A stretch of DNA of 64,000 nt from the human T2T-CHM13v2.0 reference genome, Homo sapiens, in the NCBI RefSeq assembly GCF_009914755.1, contig NC_060947.1. One strand, 5' to 3'. The translations under genes were made by a program, and so were the position numbers. Position 1 is the first letter of the stretch. Every line of letters starts with the position of its first letter. Below the pieces are notes generated by a model. The model was not told where the DNA came from, did no database searches, and saw only the letters and a list, made by a program, of their open reading frames with translations. Below, piece by piece: positions 14,766 through 28,500 of this stretch.

Positions 14766-17649
14766 GATCTAAAGGCACCGAAGACCTCCATTCCCACTCT
14801 TTATGACACTTTCCAAAGGTCCTGTTAGGAAAGTAAGTGGAGTTGGTTATAGTGAGGTCTCCTTTACTCTACCATTATACTTTACTGTCAGTCTCCCCTT
14901 ATTATCACTGGTTTTATGGTATTGAGAAATGAAAATTCATCCTCTTTTTAATAAAAACTTGAGACTCCTCTGATTCCATAAAAGGGAAATTTCCCTGCCT
15001 TAATTATAAACTCTAAACTATAAAGTGAAATATAAGAACACAGCAAAACACTCATTTTTATAAAAACATGAAGTATTTGGAAAAATGAAAAGAAGTTAAC
15101 ATTTATGTGACACTGACCTCTATCTTTCAGTAAAGTGATACAGGCATAACAGCAGTGAACTGATAACATATCAATTTCCCAGTCCAAGTACATTATTTCC
15201 CAAAAATACAAATCTTCATTACAAACAATTTCTGGAACGTTTCTACACTTAAATGAAGGGATGTCTGGTTCCAAAAATCAGTGTTTCTCTGGGAAGCCTA
15301 TCAAACACAGGACAATGGCAATGGGGGTTTCCCAATATATACATACATACATACATACATTTTTTATTTATACCATGGTTAAAAATATGTTTATGACATA
15401 TGAACTCTATTTTTTGAAAAATTTCTTTTAACATAGTATTTTCTATTATAATAATCCTACAAATATGTACAATTTTCCTTCTTTTTACATTAGATTTATC
15501 TAACATTATAATTCAAAACAGTCTCAGAAAGAAAAAAAGATTGGATTTTAAATCAAAATTGCACAACTACTGCTACCTTAAACTGAAGGTGAGGTACTTG
15601 GGTGCAATTTCTGCTGAAGGACTCACTGGTGACCTAGAAAACATTGGCATAACTATTATTTTGATGACTTCCCCAATTTCAGAAAAATAGGAGTTACAGC
15701 ATCTATCAGCTGTCTCTATAAGGATTTCTCTTGAAAGCCTTTCCACTGTATGTTTTTCCAACATCTGAGAAAATAGATGGCTGCCTGTAAATTTTTAAAA
15801 AGTCAAATATAGGCCAAGACTAATGCAACTGTCTAGTCACATATGTAAATGACTGGAATTTATTTTCCTCATAAAACAGAGTACAACATATTATCATTAC
15901 AAATAATCTAGCTTAAGGGGCTCTATTTTCACTAGACATAAATAGAAAATTAAGTTGCTTCCCAATATTATATATTGCTTATTGCCTGATGAAAATGTCT
16001 GAATTTAATCAATAATTGAGCCGGGGTTCTATTTCCTGAAATGGAACAACAGGAAAATGAAGTTGTTGTTTTATCCTCAAAAGGTTTTATTCTGATTCAT
16101 GAGTTTTTAGATAATTAAATGTGAAGCTAAATTTTTCAACATAATTTATAAAATGATAATCCACAAAAGTGTACATTCCTTAAACTGGCCTGATTTTTCT
16201 ACTCATCTAAAGTTGTCAATCCAGTTTTACAATCCCTCTTCCACAACATCCCCTTGACAAAACAATTATTAAAATTGACTCTACTCAATGGAATACTGTT
16301 TATTGCTTTATTTTTCTTCATATTACCTGACTTTACTACCTGACTTTAGAGTCTAGAGTGATGATGTTTCAAATGTGATTCTCCATCATTTTAAACTGGT
16401 TTCAAAGATCTTTGTAAGGAATAATGAGATTATAACATTTTTATTTCATGCTGTTTGACCTTTGCATATTTGGAAAACTCATGAACAAGGTAAATTCACA
16501 CATTTGATAAATAAATAACATGCTTTCAGGATAGGATATAATAAAAAATATCATTTCCCAGAAAACTTTCAAAACTATTTTTTATAAAATTAAAAAATAT
16601 TATGAATAAAATGATTACCAAAATGCAGAAATAAACAGTTTATGTAAAGGTTAAGATCCTTAAAAGAAATGCTAAATTTGTTCCTCAATGCTAAAATTCT
16701 TGCTGAATATTAAATTATGATAAGTTCAAATGTCACTAACTTTCTAACTTTTAAAATGTATTACTTACATAACTTCAGGAAGAACTTAGGTTTTATATTT
16801 TAACCCTACGTCTGTTATTTATTTTATTTAAACAAATTTCAACACAGTGTTATAATGTAGTGCTCTATTTCTCATTATTCTGCCAAATTATCAAATAGAG
16901 AATTACTAAACGTCTTGTATGTTGCCTGTCTAAATATCAGCATGTAAAAAAAAATTTTTTTTCCTTCAAAGAACAGAGAGAGAATCCATTTGGATAAAAA
17001 CAAGAAGACCAGTTACTAAAGATAAAATAGTGTTTGGTTTTCTCTGGCATAAGTTTAGAAAAGAAATGTAGGCTTTATAAATCTGGTATACTAAAACAAC
17101 TCTTCAGAGAGAGAGTGAGAGAGAGAACATTCTTTTCATTGAAACATCTTATGGACAAATAAATCTTTTGGGAAATCTATGTATATTTACACTGTATATC
17201 GAAAAATGAAAGATCATTTATCACATATTTATAATATGCCACTGTTATCATAATGGAAAAATTTTTGACACTTTTCATTAGTTGAATAAACTCTTCTTTA
17301 TTTGGAAACCAAGAAACTCATAAAGGTAAAAAGATAATAAACAACATGTTACTTATTTTTATATATTCTGCATGCTAACTCTTATTCATTCTAATGTATT
17401 GGGTTGAGGAACCAGACAATAAAATGGATTAAATAAAATCAAACAGAAATTTTCTAAGATATATGATTAGAATAAATATATCTCCAACCTAATCTCTATT
17501 ATGTATATAAAATATATGTATACTGTCCATTAAACATAATTAAAATCATGAGCTCCAGGCATTACAAGAATCAAAAGTAAGTATGGTTTCAGATTGGAGT
17601 GTTTTAAATACCTTCTAATTAAATGGAAATTTATACTTTTCATTCAATT

Positions 17650-18380
17650 CTCCAAATATTCATTTATTTAACCAACCAATGTTTGAACATCTACTATGCA
17701 TTATGAGCAATAAAATTTGCAAGGTAAACACTGATAGCTAAGAAATTCCGTTGTCTCTCTATATGCTGAATCAAACAGGTCTCAATGTGGTTATGGGCTC
17801 TATAAATGGTAACAAATACAAAAGGGGCAAGTGGAAGCTCAACTCTTCTTGAAAGTCTGAGAATGCCTTCATATAAATGCCATTGTGGACTTAATTTCAC
17901 CCTTAAAACTGTACAGGTGTGTGCCAAGTGGAAAAATAAGGATGTCCTGGTAACCAAATGAAGTAGTATGAACACTGACATGGCTATGTGAAAGATAATG
18001 TCATGAAACCTAAACATGGGTTTGGAGAGCTTGTCTAGGGTACAGATCATGGAGGGACTGCTCAAGGCAACAGGAGCCACAAATGGGTTTTAAGGTAGAG
18101 GACTATGAACAGACTCTTTTTTGAAGGACCAAGGTAGTGTGATTGTGACTGATGAATCCTAAGGATTTCAGTTTGGAGGCAGGGTGACAAGTCAGGAAAC
18201 CATTAAAACATTCTAGGTAAAAGTGAATGAACAGCTAGAACCAGGCAACAGTGGTGGAACTGCCGAGAAGCACATGTTTAAAAATGCTTAGGAGTATAAA
18301 TAAATGGAACTGTTCACTGACTGAATGTTAAAAGGAGGAATTGAGGATGCCTCTTAGATTTTTAATTTCCCCAACTAGCA
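17650..18380 (-). mobile_element. L2 fragment
   Basis: tttgaacatctactatg...cagatcatggagg...gatgcctcttagattttt. Confidence 0.65.
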
Positions 18381-18639
18381 CCTTCTTAACTATCCTTGGT
18401 AATTGGAATTGACTTTTTAAATGCTGGGTCAATTCTTCGAACACAAATTCCTGTCAAAATAATTACTGTTGTAGAATACAGTGCTATTTTTCCAAAATAT
18501 TCTCATCCCAATCCCATAACTCCTTGGAATATAAGAAATATAACAATATGTTCTTTAAAAAGTTTTATAAATCATAGATCCCACTGTTGCTTTACCTCCA
18601 TTTCTTCCTGCCTCTTTATAAGGAGTTCTAGGGATTTGA

Positions 18640-19090
18640 GGGCTTCTCAATGAAAAAGATAAAACCACAATAAGGTAGCACACACAAGCTTTATCTGGAC
18701 GACGCTTTGACAGGTTTGCATGTGGGGGAAGTCCCTCACAGCAAGAGACTATCCAGAGGCTTCCGTGCAGAAGGGTCATCCTTCAGAAAGTGAGGAAAGC
18801 AAGGAAACTTCTAGGGGAAAGAGGGATCAGAGAGGGGGGTTACATGTGTAGGTATTGTCACTTAGTCACAAGATGAAGAGTCTCTGGGTCAGAGATCTTC
18901 AGAGAGCAAAAACAGCTTGGGGCCTTTATAGCCCTGGAGTTTGTATCTTATCTATGGCTAGCAGATGCTGGGCATAGTTTCACTAGGTATAGAAAGCAGG
19001 AAAACTATAATTGGCTAAAAATTTGCTTATTTGGTCTATGCTTAAAAAATATTGAATGTACAAAAATTTGAGTTTGGTGCCCATGGGGTT
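18640..19090 (-). mobile_element. LTR-like element (family uncertain)
   Basis: About 450 bp with antisense polyA-signal-like gctttat and TATA-like cctttatag; resembles ERV1/ERVL solo LTRs. Confidence 0.4.
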
Positions 19091-19344
19091 TTGAAATAAT
19101 TAGACTCCGTCTGCTTTTCAAAAAATTAAAAATGAATAAATAAACCCTAGGGGCCCATATACAGAGGTCTATTTTTGGCTTATTTATGTAATACACTAAA
19201 TATATGCTACTACGAGTTGTTTTCTGTAAGGTTACAGTGTGTAGATGTATGGGTATTCTATCTGAGATGTTTCCACACTTGACTGTGCACTTTCTGTGAT
19301 CCAAATTCATGTCCCTTAGAAATCCATCTGGACATCACAATTTA

Positions 19345-19670
19345 TTAATTCACACATATACATTCATTCAGCATAAATATGCATATATATGTATATCTAT
19401 GCCAAGCACTTTTTACATGATGTGATAAGAGACCACAAAACTTAGTTCCTGCTCTCAGCGAATCCTGATGTTGACCAAAGTTTAACACACAAGCAAATAC
19501 ATTAAACAGTTAGATATCATCAAGTAATTCAAATGTAAAACAGGGTCACTGACAGGGATTCAAAGAATTGCCTAGCGTGCTACTTTAGAGGTATAATCAG
19601 AAATGGACTCTGAAAAGGTGCCACTTAAGGCTGAGAGAAAAAAGATAAAGAGAAGCAAGAGATGCAACAC
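19345..19670 (-). mobile_element. L2 3' fragment
   Basis: cattcattcagcataaat...ctatgccaagcact...gttcctgctctca. Confidence 0.6.
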
Positions 19671-21349
19671 TTTATGTGCTGAATCTATTCACTTATAAGG
19701 TTTTTAGTGTTGGTGCACTACATGAATTCAGGGCCAGTTAGGGTAACAGAGCCGTGGCTGTTGAAGGATGTGAATGTGAAGGTAGTGATACTTCGGAAGA
19801 ACGATCCAATGGATTCTAAGCCTAATGCCTTCATTGTCTTCAAGCCTGACTGGTTACGGTAAAGACCTATGGGAATGGTTTTCATGCACATGAGAAAAAT
19901 GGATTCAACCTCATGGCTGTGCCATGACTGCAGACCTGTGAGATATCTATAAAGCAGCATATCGTTGACATGATAGACCAGCCATTTTTTCCATGGCTGG
20001 AGATGTACATGAACTAATTTTTAATTGTGCTGATAGTCCAGCATATGTAGTACAAGGTGAACACAATGTAAGTGGTGCACACAGTGTAAGTGATGCTTGG
20101 AATACCCGGTCAACGATTACTTAGGCACCTTCACTGCAATCAGCCTGGGGTTCTATATAACAGGCTATTACAGGAGAGGTCATCAAATTCTCGGGAAGAA
20201 AGGCATTCCTAGTAGCTTGAGAAAACTGGTATTCCTTCAGGCTGTAAGGAAAAGATGAAGCATCACTATACTGAAATGATACACTAGTTATTCTTCTCAG
20301 GACTGGTGAGGTACATTACCTCAGGTGTGTTGTGGTCATTGTCCAGCCAGGGATGAACAATCTTACCAAAGGGCAAATGACTATGGGGATGATAAATCCA
20401 ATGCATTTTAGTGCAAGCAACTTCACTGCCATCAAGTTAGGAGGCAAAAGTGCGCAGTTACGAAAAAAGGCATCATGCATTTTGAGCAGAAAAGTTTTAG
20501 CCAGATGGTCTCAATGATCCTTTGGACTTCAGTGTAATACTTGAAACTGCACTGCCTTAAACTGATAGACCACCTATTCTTCCCAGGTCTGTACACAAAC
20601 TTAGGACCGGGTTTAGCATTATTCAGCACGTGTTATAGGATATGAACATACAAAGTGATACTTAGGAAGATTGATGTAATAGATTAAAAACTGGCATTTT
20701 CATTGCCATCAAGCCAGGCTGCATTCAATGGAGTGTTTAACAAGACAGATGTCAAACATCTGAACAGAAGGGATTCAGATCCATGGGCATAACATTCATT
20801 CTGACCTGTGAGGTACAACAGAAATAGCACCACAATGACATGATTTACTGTCCATTCTTCTCAGTGCTGGTGAAGTACATCCAGTGGAATGTAACGAGTC
20901 AGATGTCAGACATCTGAATAGAAGGGTGTCAGATTCATGGACATATCATTTTTATGACATGCGAGAAGAAACACAAATAGCACTACATTGACTTAACAGA
21001 CTGAACGTTCTTCCCATGGCTGGTGAAGTGCACGTCTAGCAGGTGCTGAAGGAGGTGAACACGGGCAGATGATGCTTGGGAAGAACAATCCAATGGATTA
21101 TAAACCAGGCACATTCATTGCCATAAAACTGTGCTATGTCCTGCAGGGCATTATGGGTGAACTCACTAAGCATTTTGAACAGAAGGGATACTGATTCATG
21201 TCCATGACATTGCTTCAAAACTGTGATGAACATCTGAAGCAGCAGTGTGATAACCTGGCAGGTTAGCCATTTTCCCTAGTGCTGATGTACTAAATTAACT
21301 TAGAGTTAGTTGTGTTCATTGTTCAACAGTTGCTGAAGAATATCTAAAG

Positions 21350-22995
21350 AGCTAAATTAATGCTTTACATGACCAATTCAGTTTTCCCAGAGCTGATTAA
21401 ATAAATAAACTCAAGGACATTTGTGGCCATTGGCCAACAGGAATGGAAGGCAGTAAACACAGGACAAGTGATGTTTTAGAAGAACAACTTTGGTGTGTGC
21501 TTCCTTGAGGTGGCCACCAGGGCCCACGAAATGAGTGGAATATAGGGGGTACTGCAGCAGTGTGGAGATGGGGCAAATCCAGACATGTTTCTTTTGCATC
21601 TTCTCAGGTACAAAATGCCAACCATAACTGTTTGTCAGCAAGAGAGACAGAGACTACAGATGACTATGGGGTAGATTCCCTGGTGGGAGGGCTCTGAACA
21701 TAGCTGGCAAGTGGGACTGATGCTGGTAGCCCTGGGAGCTACAAAGGAGTCTTGACAGGAAGAGACACTGACTCTAGAGTGGGCTTTGCTTACCCAGTGG
21801 AAGATTTAAATTCAGAGTGCCATTAACAAAACAAAACAAAAACAAACAAACAAACAGAACAAAAGATATTACATGGATTTGGACAGCTGATGGTCATTTC
21901 TTCAAACCAAGGAATACACTGTACATCCCATAATGTCCAATAATGTGCACAGAGATATCCTCCTCAGTGTAATAGTTTGATAGAGTAATAGAAGGGGGAG
22001 TTAAAACATTGGTTGTCTAAAACTGGGGGAAATGAAAGCATTCAGGGCTACCTTGTATGCCTTCAAGAGTGTGTGCTGACACTCAATATGAGTGGGACTA
22101 AAGGAGTGTCTTCACTAGATTTTCTGTTTTTCTGGTTCACCTGGGGAAGAGGAGGAGGGGAAGATGCTGGCATGACTGTGCAATTCTTGCCAAGGGAGGA
22201 GTACACTCGTATAACGAGTATAATTTTTTCTTTCTTCCCCAAATCACCTCAAATTTTTTTTTCTCCCCTACCTGATGCAGTGGTGCTAGGACTAGGGCTG
22301 CAATGACAAGTACTGGAAGCTGGGATGATTTCTAACCAAGAAACTGGGAAAATATTTTTAAACCTTCTGTCAGAATTTCTAAGGGCCTAAGGGGAGTGGA
22401 TTGTGCCTTCATCCCCATCTATCAAAACTGGGACTAAAAGTGAATGCAGCTATATTGCCTGATGGTAAAAATAGCTCACCAGCTCTGCACCTATGTAACT
22501 TTACCCTATTTGAATAGGAATGAACCGAGGAGGAAGTACTTACTAGGCTAGTATTGCTGCCTGCAATATAAACCAGCACACACGGTGGCAATTCTAGTGT
22601 TCCTTCCAAAGGTGAAAAAGTTTGAGAATTAATAGAGAGGAGAAATACTAGCTAAGGATAAAAAAAAAAGAATAAATGGTTTATAAATTGGGTAAATCTA
22701 ACATTACATTAACACCTTGAAAGGGACTCAGAGCAAGAGATGGCATTGTCTCTTAGCTCAATTATAACAGATGCCTGAATGGATGAAGCTGTTTGCCAAC
22801 ACCACTCCTGCTTTTGGAACCTGACAAGAGTGAAAGAAAGCTGGCAAACCTGAGTGGCCTTACCACGGGAGACAATAATACAATATGATGTACTGGACTA
22901 ATTATTAATGTTTAAATGGGATTCTAGTAATGTGGCAGTCTCTTTTGAGTTGCATGTCCTTTTGATATAAGGGATTCTCTGGGTTCAAAGACTGG
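21350..22995 (+). mobile_element. ERVL-class internal remnant (integrase and 3' region; HERV16/ERV3-16A3-like)
   Basis: From about 21770, DSRVGFAYPVEDLN...LHGFGQLMVISSNQGIH resembles the ERVL integrase core; no 5' LTR seen. Confidence 0.7.
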
Positions 22996-23435
22996 TGATA
23001 TTGGGAAATACGTTTTGGTCTTTGTCCCTGTTTCCTGGCATACAACTCCTAAAATCCTTAGAATCTCCAAAGTTTTGTCTTTTTGTATGCTAATGTTGAC
23101 TGGTAGCTTCAGGATGGGGACAGTTACTGGAAAGACAAAGGCATGATTAGAGGGTTGGGATTTTCAGCCCCATCCCCCCAACCTCTGAGAGCCCAAGGCA
23201 AATTTATCACCAATGGCCAATAGTTTAATTGATTATGCCTACATAACGAGGCCTCCATAAAAACCCAAGAGACAAGTTCAGAGAGCTTCCAGATAGCTGA
23301 ACATGTGGAGGTTCCTTGGGGGTGGTGCTCCCAGGAAGTGCATGGAAACTCTGTGCCTCTTCCCCCATTCCAAGCCCTATGCATCTCTTCAACTGTATCC
23401 TTTGTAATATGCTTTACAGTAAACCGGTAAACATT
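22996..23435 (+). mobile_element. MER21-type LTR, 3' truncated
   Basis: tgatattg...ttcctggcatacaactcctaaaatccttagaatctcc; ttccagatagctgaacatgtggagg. Confidence 0.75.
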
Positions 23436-23444
23436 TTTTAAAAA

Positions 23445-23600
23445 GGCCAGGCCAAATGACTCACACCTGTATTCCCAGCACTTTGGGAGGCCAAGGCAGG
23501 AGATTTGCTTGAGCCCTTGAGTTTGAGGCTGCAGTGAGCTATGATCATGTCACTGCACTTCTACGTGGGCAATAGAGTGATAAAACACGAAAAAAATAAA
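23445..23600 (+). mobile_element. Alu monomer (FLAM-like)
   Basis: About 135-bp Alu monomer with A-rich tail. Confidence 0.85.
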
Positions 23601-24343
23601 TCAATAACCATCAATTCAATCTGAGCTAGGCACTTTCATTGCCTTCAAGCTTGTCAGCTTAGGGTGGAAACTTAGAAGACAGGATGTTAAGTGCTTTGAG
23701 AAAAAAGAATTCAGCCTCAATACAATTCCTACAGGACTATGACGAACTCTGAAGCAGCACTGCATTGATATGACACATGAATCACTGTTCCCAAAGCAGA
23801 TGAAGGACAAAAACAAAAGACCAGTTCTAGCGACTGTCCAACAGACCATGTAGGGGATGACAAAAAGGTGAGTGATGCTCGGGTGAGTAATTCAATAGAT
23901 TCTCTTTAAGGCCTCATCATATCCATGAAGCTGGGAGGTATACAACAGGGGGTTACAAGAAAAGTGACCAGGCACACTCAGCAGAAACGATTCAGATTCA
24001 TGGGCAGAATGTGACTTTGGGACTTTGAGGAATACCAGAAGCAAACATAAATTGAAATGAAAGACTGTACAGTCTTCTGAGGAATAGTGTATTACATGAA
24101 TTCACAGCTGATTACAGCCTGTGTGAAACAGCAATAAAAAGAATTGAATACAGGGCAAGTGAGGCTTAAGGAGAGTTTACAGAGCAATGTAATCCAAGCA
24201 ACATTATTGCCAATGGCCATACTTCAATCGGAAAATTGTTACAGGAGAGTTCTTCATGTGCATTTATGAGATGAGAGCTGATTCACCATCATGAATCTTG
24301 AATTTTTTTTTTTTTTGGTCTCTGCAAAAAACCAGAAGAACCT

Positions 24344-24742
24344 TGATATGGTGTAGGATGATGTTTGTCCCCTCCAAATCTCATGTTGAAATGTGATCTC
24401 CAATGTTTGAGGTAAGGCCTGGTGGTAAGTGCTAGAGTTGTAGGGGTGGATCCCTCATGAATGCCTTGGTGCTGAAATGAGTGAGTTCTCACCCTATTAG
24501 TTACCAAGAGATTATAAAGAGCCTGGAACTTCCTCTATCTCGCTCCCTCTCCTGCCATGTGACATGCCTGCTCCCCGTTGCTCTCTGCCGAGTAAAAGCT
24601 TCCTGAGGTCCTTGCCTAACGCAGATGCTGGTGCCATGATTCCTGTACAGTCTACAGAACCATGAACCAAAATAAAGCTCTTAACTTTATAAATCACCCA
24701 GCCGCCGGTATCCTTTCTAGCAGCACAAAATGGACTACTACA
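24344..24742 (+). mobile_element. MST (MSTB-like) MaLR solo LTR inserted in an NME unit
   Basis: TG...CA ends, tttgtcccctccaaatctcatgttgaaatgtgat, aataaa; TSD aacct/aagct. Confidence 0.9.
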
Positions 24743-25589
24743 AAGCTCTACCATAACATGATACACTGCCATTATTCCAAAGATTCGTAAAGAACATTAA
24801 CTACCCATTGAATGTGGGCATGGTCAAGTAGCAGGTGATGTATTTGGACACAGTGTTAGTAAAGCCTGGGGAGACTTTTTGAATGAATTCAAACCCAGGC
24901 ACATTCCTTTCAATTAAATGGCATTGCATCCAGTAGAAGACAATAGAGCAAGTATCCAGTGCTGAAACAGAAAGGATAGATTCACTGACATAATAACATC
25001 CTTAGAGACAGTAAGGAAAATCTGGAGCAGCCCTACTCTGAAATGAAACATTGCACAATTTTCCAAGGACTGGTGAGTGACTGATAATTTAGGGCTAGAT
25101 TCTAAGAACAGCAATTTAAATGTCTTAAATGTGAATGAAATGCAATCTGGCCTTAAAGAAGAGGTCATCAAGCTTCCTGAGGACAGCAACAGGCGTCTCA
25201 TGAGCACATACTATTTTCTCAAGCACATGAAAACCCTTAAATAAGCAATTCGTTGACTTAAAAAGAAGCCGTTAACCACTACCTAGAAATAAATAATAAA
25301 TAACTTTGGTGAAAAGTCTAGCATCAATTTGAATAGGTGATCACAGGAGAATAATTTTTTCATAAAAAAAATAATCTGCACAAAGACACTGACATCTTCC
25401 TAATGCACACCTATGGAGCTCCCACTTTTTTGTTTATTCTTGGCCTATAGAAAATACAGGCCAGTGGTGAAAATCAGTTTAGAAAAGAATGAACATAGGG
25501 CTAAAAATCTGGAGTGAACACAGCTGAACTCTAAGCCAGAAAACATAATAGGCATGACACTAAACTTACTGAACAGGTTTTACAAAAGA

Positions 25590-28500
25590 AATTCAAGCAT
25601 CATATAAGAGGACAACCCAGAGGAGTTTGTAAAGCACTCTTAATACACAATCAGCCCCAAGATTATTGTACCCACGCCAAAAAATTTCCAAGAAGGTCAA
25701 CTGCAAAGATTCCACAGAAGGTATTCTGAGTGACTTCCAGTACACTGGGCAGGCGATGGGGAAAGACCTTAGACAATATGAACCACCCTTACAAACACAG
25801 TAGGATCCTCCTGTGCTTAACATGCTTTCTAATGCACGGGATAGCCCTAAAACAGCCAGTGTGCATTGAATACAAGACATGTTTTTGTTCAGGACCTTGA
25901 GAGTAATTATAAAGACTGACTGCAGTGCCTTACCCCTGAGGAACTGAAGACTTTGTGGACACAGAGCACGCTCCCAGTGCCAGGAACCAAAGAACCTTTC
26001 AGTGACCAACACGATGCCTTGGGAGGCAAGATGGTCCTGTCGCACAAGAGGAGTAATTTGAACATGCTGAAAACCCCCAACAGGAAGCTAGGCCTGGGAC
26101 CCTCAGCATGGCGTGCTCACTGCCATCAAAACAAGCATCATACACAAGGGAAGCACAGAGTTCAAAAGGCATTACCCAAAGGGGCAATCAGCCTCGCAGA
26201 TATGCCATTTTAATCTGGTCATCATGGAATGACCTTTCACTCACCTGCTGTAAATGGGGGAACATCCTGGTAAGTGGGAGTTCACATCTTACACACCTTC
26301 CACCAGAATGACTGTAAGCATTCCTGACAGGGCTGCACGCATGCCCAGCAATTGAGAAGACTGTCAATCCCGAAGTTTCCAAAAGGAAACCAACAAAAAA
26401 TAAGGCACTCCAAGTGGCACCCGGTAAAAAGACAGATAATAGGGCCCAATCTGAGAATTCACCAACTGACTTTCGAAATAGAGTGGGATCCTCCCAGACT
26501 TACCATTCTGTAATGCACTGGACAGCCCCCAAAAGCAAATATGGATTGAAGGGAAGACACCAGTGGTCCCAAATCTGGACAATAATTGTCACAAGTGCCC
26601 AGGGGGTGCGGCACTCCTGAGGAACTGAAGGCTGAGTGAACGGGGAGTGAGTTTCTAAGGCCAGACACAGAGCAACCTTTCAGTGCCCATTTTGAGACCC
26701 CGTGAGGGAAGAAGGTCTTGCCTCCCACGAGGAACAGTCTGCACTTACACAGCACTCCTGAGAGGAGGCTCTGCATCTGCATGAAATCCCTGCATGGCAC
26801 GTTCACTGAAATTGAAAGACGCATCATACAAGAGGGCAACCCAGAGGAGTTTTTAAAGCATTCTTACACCAGGACAATCAGCCCTGAGATTGCTGTATCC
26901 ATTCACCACAACTTGCTGGAACAGCAATCCCATGGTTTGCAAAAGAGGCATTCCAGGTGACTGTCAAGCACCATGGGTGGGCAGTGGCAACAGACCAGAC
27001 AGGTTATCAACCACTGTTAGAAGCAGGGTAGGATCCTCCTTTGCTTAACATGCTTTCTAGTGCAGAGGACACCCCTAAGAAAGCAAATGGTCATTGAACA
27101 GAAGCCACCTGTTATTCAGGACCTTGAAAGCAATCATAATGAGTGACTGGGGTACACCACTCATGACAAGCCAGAGCCTGTGTGGACATAGAGCGAGTTT
27201 CTAATGCCAGGAACCAGGAAACATTTGAGTGACCCGACACCTGATCCTAAGAGTCAAGACAGTATAGTCTCATGTGACAAATAATTAAAATGTACTGAAA
27301 GCTCCCAAAAGGAAGCTATGCCTGGGGCCATCAGCATAATGTGTTCATTGCCATCAAATGAGCATCACACAAAAGGACAACCCAGAGATGTGTTGAAAGC
27401 ATTATTGAAACAGTACAATCAGCCTTGAGATTTCTGTACCCATCCTCCCAAATTTACAGGAACCCCCAACTCCAGATTCCCAAAAAGGCATTCTGGGTGA
27501 CTGCCAGCACCATAGGCAGTCAATGAGGACAGACCCGGGTGGCCATTGGCCACTGTTATTAGCAGAGAACAACCCTCCTGTGGGTAACCTGCTTCCTAAT
27601 GCACTGGATCACCCTAAAGAAGCCAATGTGCATTGAATTGAAGCCACCTGTTGTGCAGTTCCTTGAAATTAACTGTAGCAAGGGCCCCGGGACTCATCAC
27701 TGCTGAGACACTGAAGGTTGAGGCAAGAGGATCTTGCCTCACATGACAAGTTGTCTGAACGTACAGAACACTCCTGAGAGAAAACTCTGTGTGAAATCCC
27801 TGCGTGGCAAGTTCATTTCCATCAAAACAAGCATCATGCAAAAGGGCAATCCAGAGCAGTTTTGAAGGCACTTTTAAAATGGGACAATCAGCCCTGAGAT
27901 GGCTGGATCCACGGCCAACAATTTCCAGGAAGGCCAGTCGCAAGGATTCCACAGAAGGCATTCAAAGTGATTTCCAGCACCCTGGGCAGGCAACGGGGAC
28001 AGATCCGAGAGGTCATCAAACCCCACTACTAACACAGTAGGATCCTCCTGTGGGTAACGTGCTTTCTTTCTAATGCACTGGATATCCTTTAAAAGAGCCA
28101 ATGTCCATTGAAAACAAGCCATGTTTTTGTTCAGGACCTTGAGAGTGATTTTAGGGTGAGGTTCCATGATGCAATGGTGAGCACTCTGGACTCTGACAGT
28201 AATTTTCATGAGCGACTGGGGTGCCTCACTCCCTGAGAAACTGAAGACTTTATGTACGCAGAGCGAGATTCCAATGCCAGGAACCAAGGAACCTTTCAGT
28301 GACCAACACGATGCCCCGGGAGGCAAGATGGTCTTGTCTGACAAGAGGAATAATTTGAACATGCCGAAAACCCCCAACAGGAAGTTAGGCTTGGGACCCT
28401 CAGCATGGCGTGCTCACTGCCATCAAAACAAGCATCAAACACAAGAGAAACATAGAGGAGTTCAAAAGGCATTGCTCAAAGGAGCAATCAGCCTTGCAGA

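Noticed and set aside
25800-25892. GTAGGA...TTTTTGTTCAG segments in the monomers as repeated ~90-nt introns
   Set aside because: The flanking exons do not keep an open frame, and an equivalent segment (about 27096) contains a FEQK-like remnant (ttgaacagaag)
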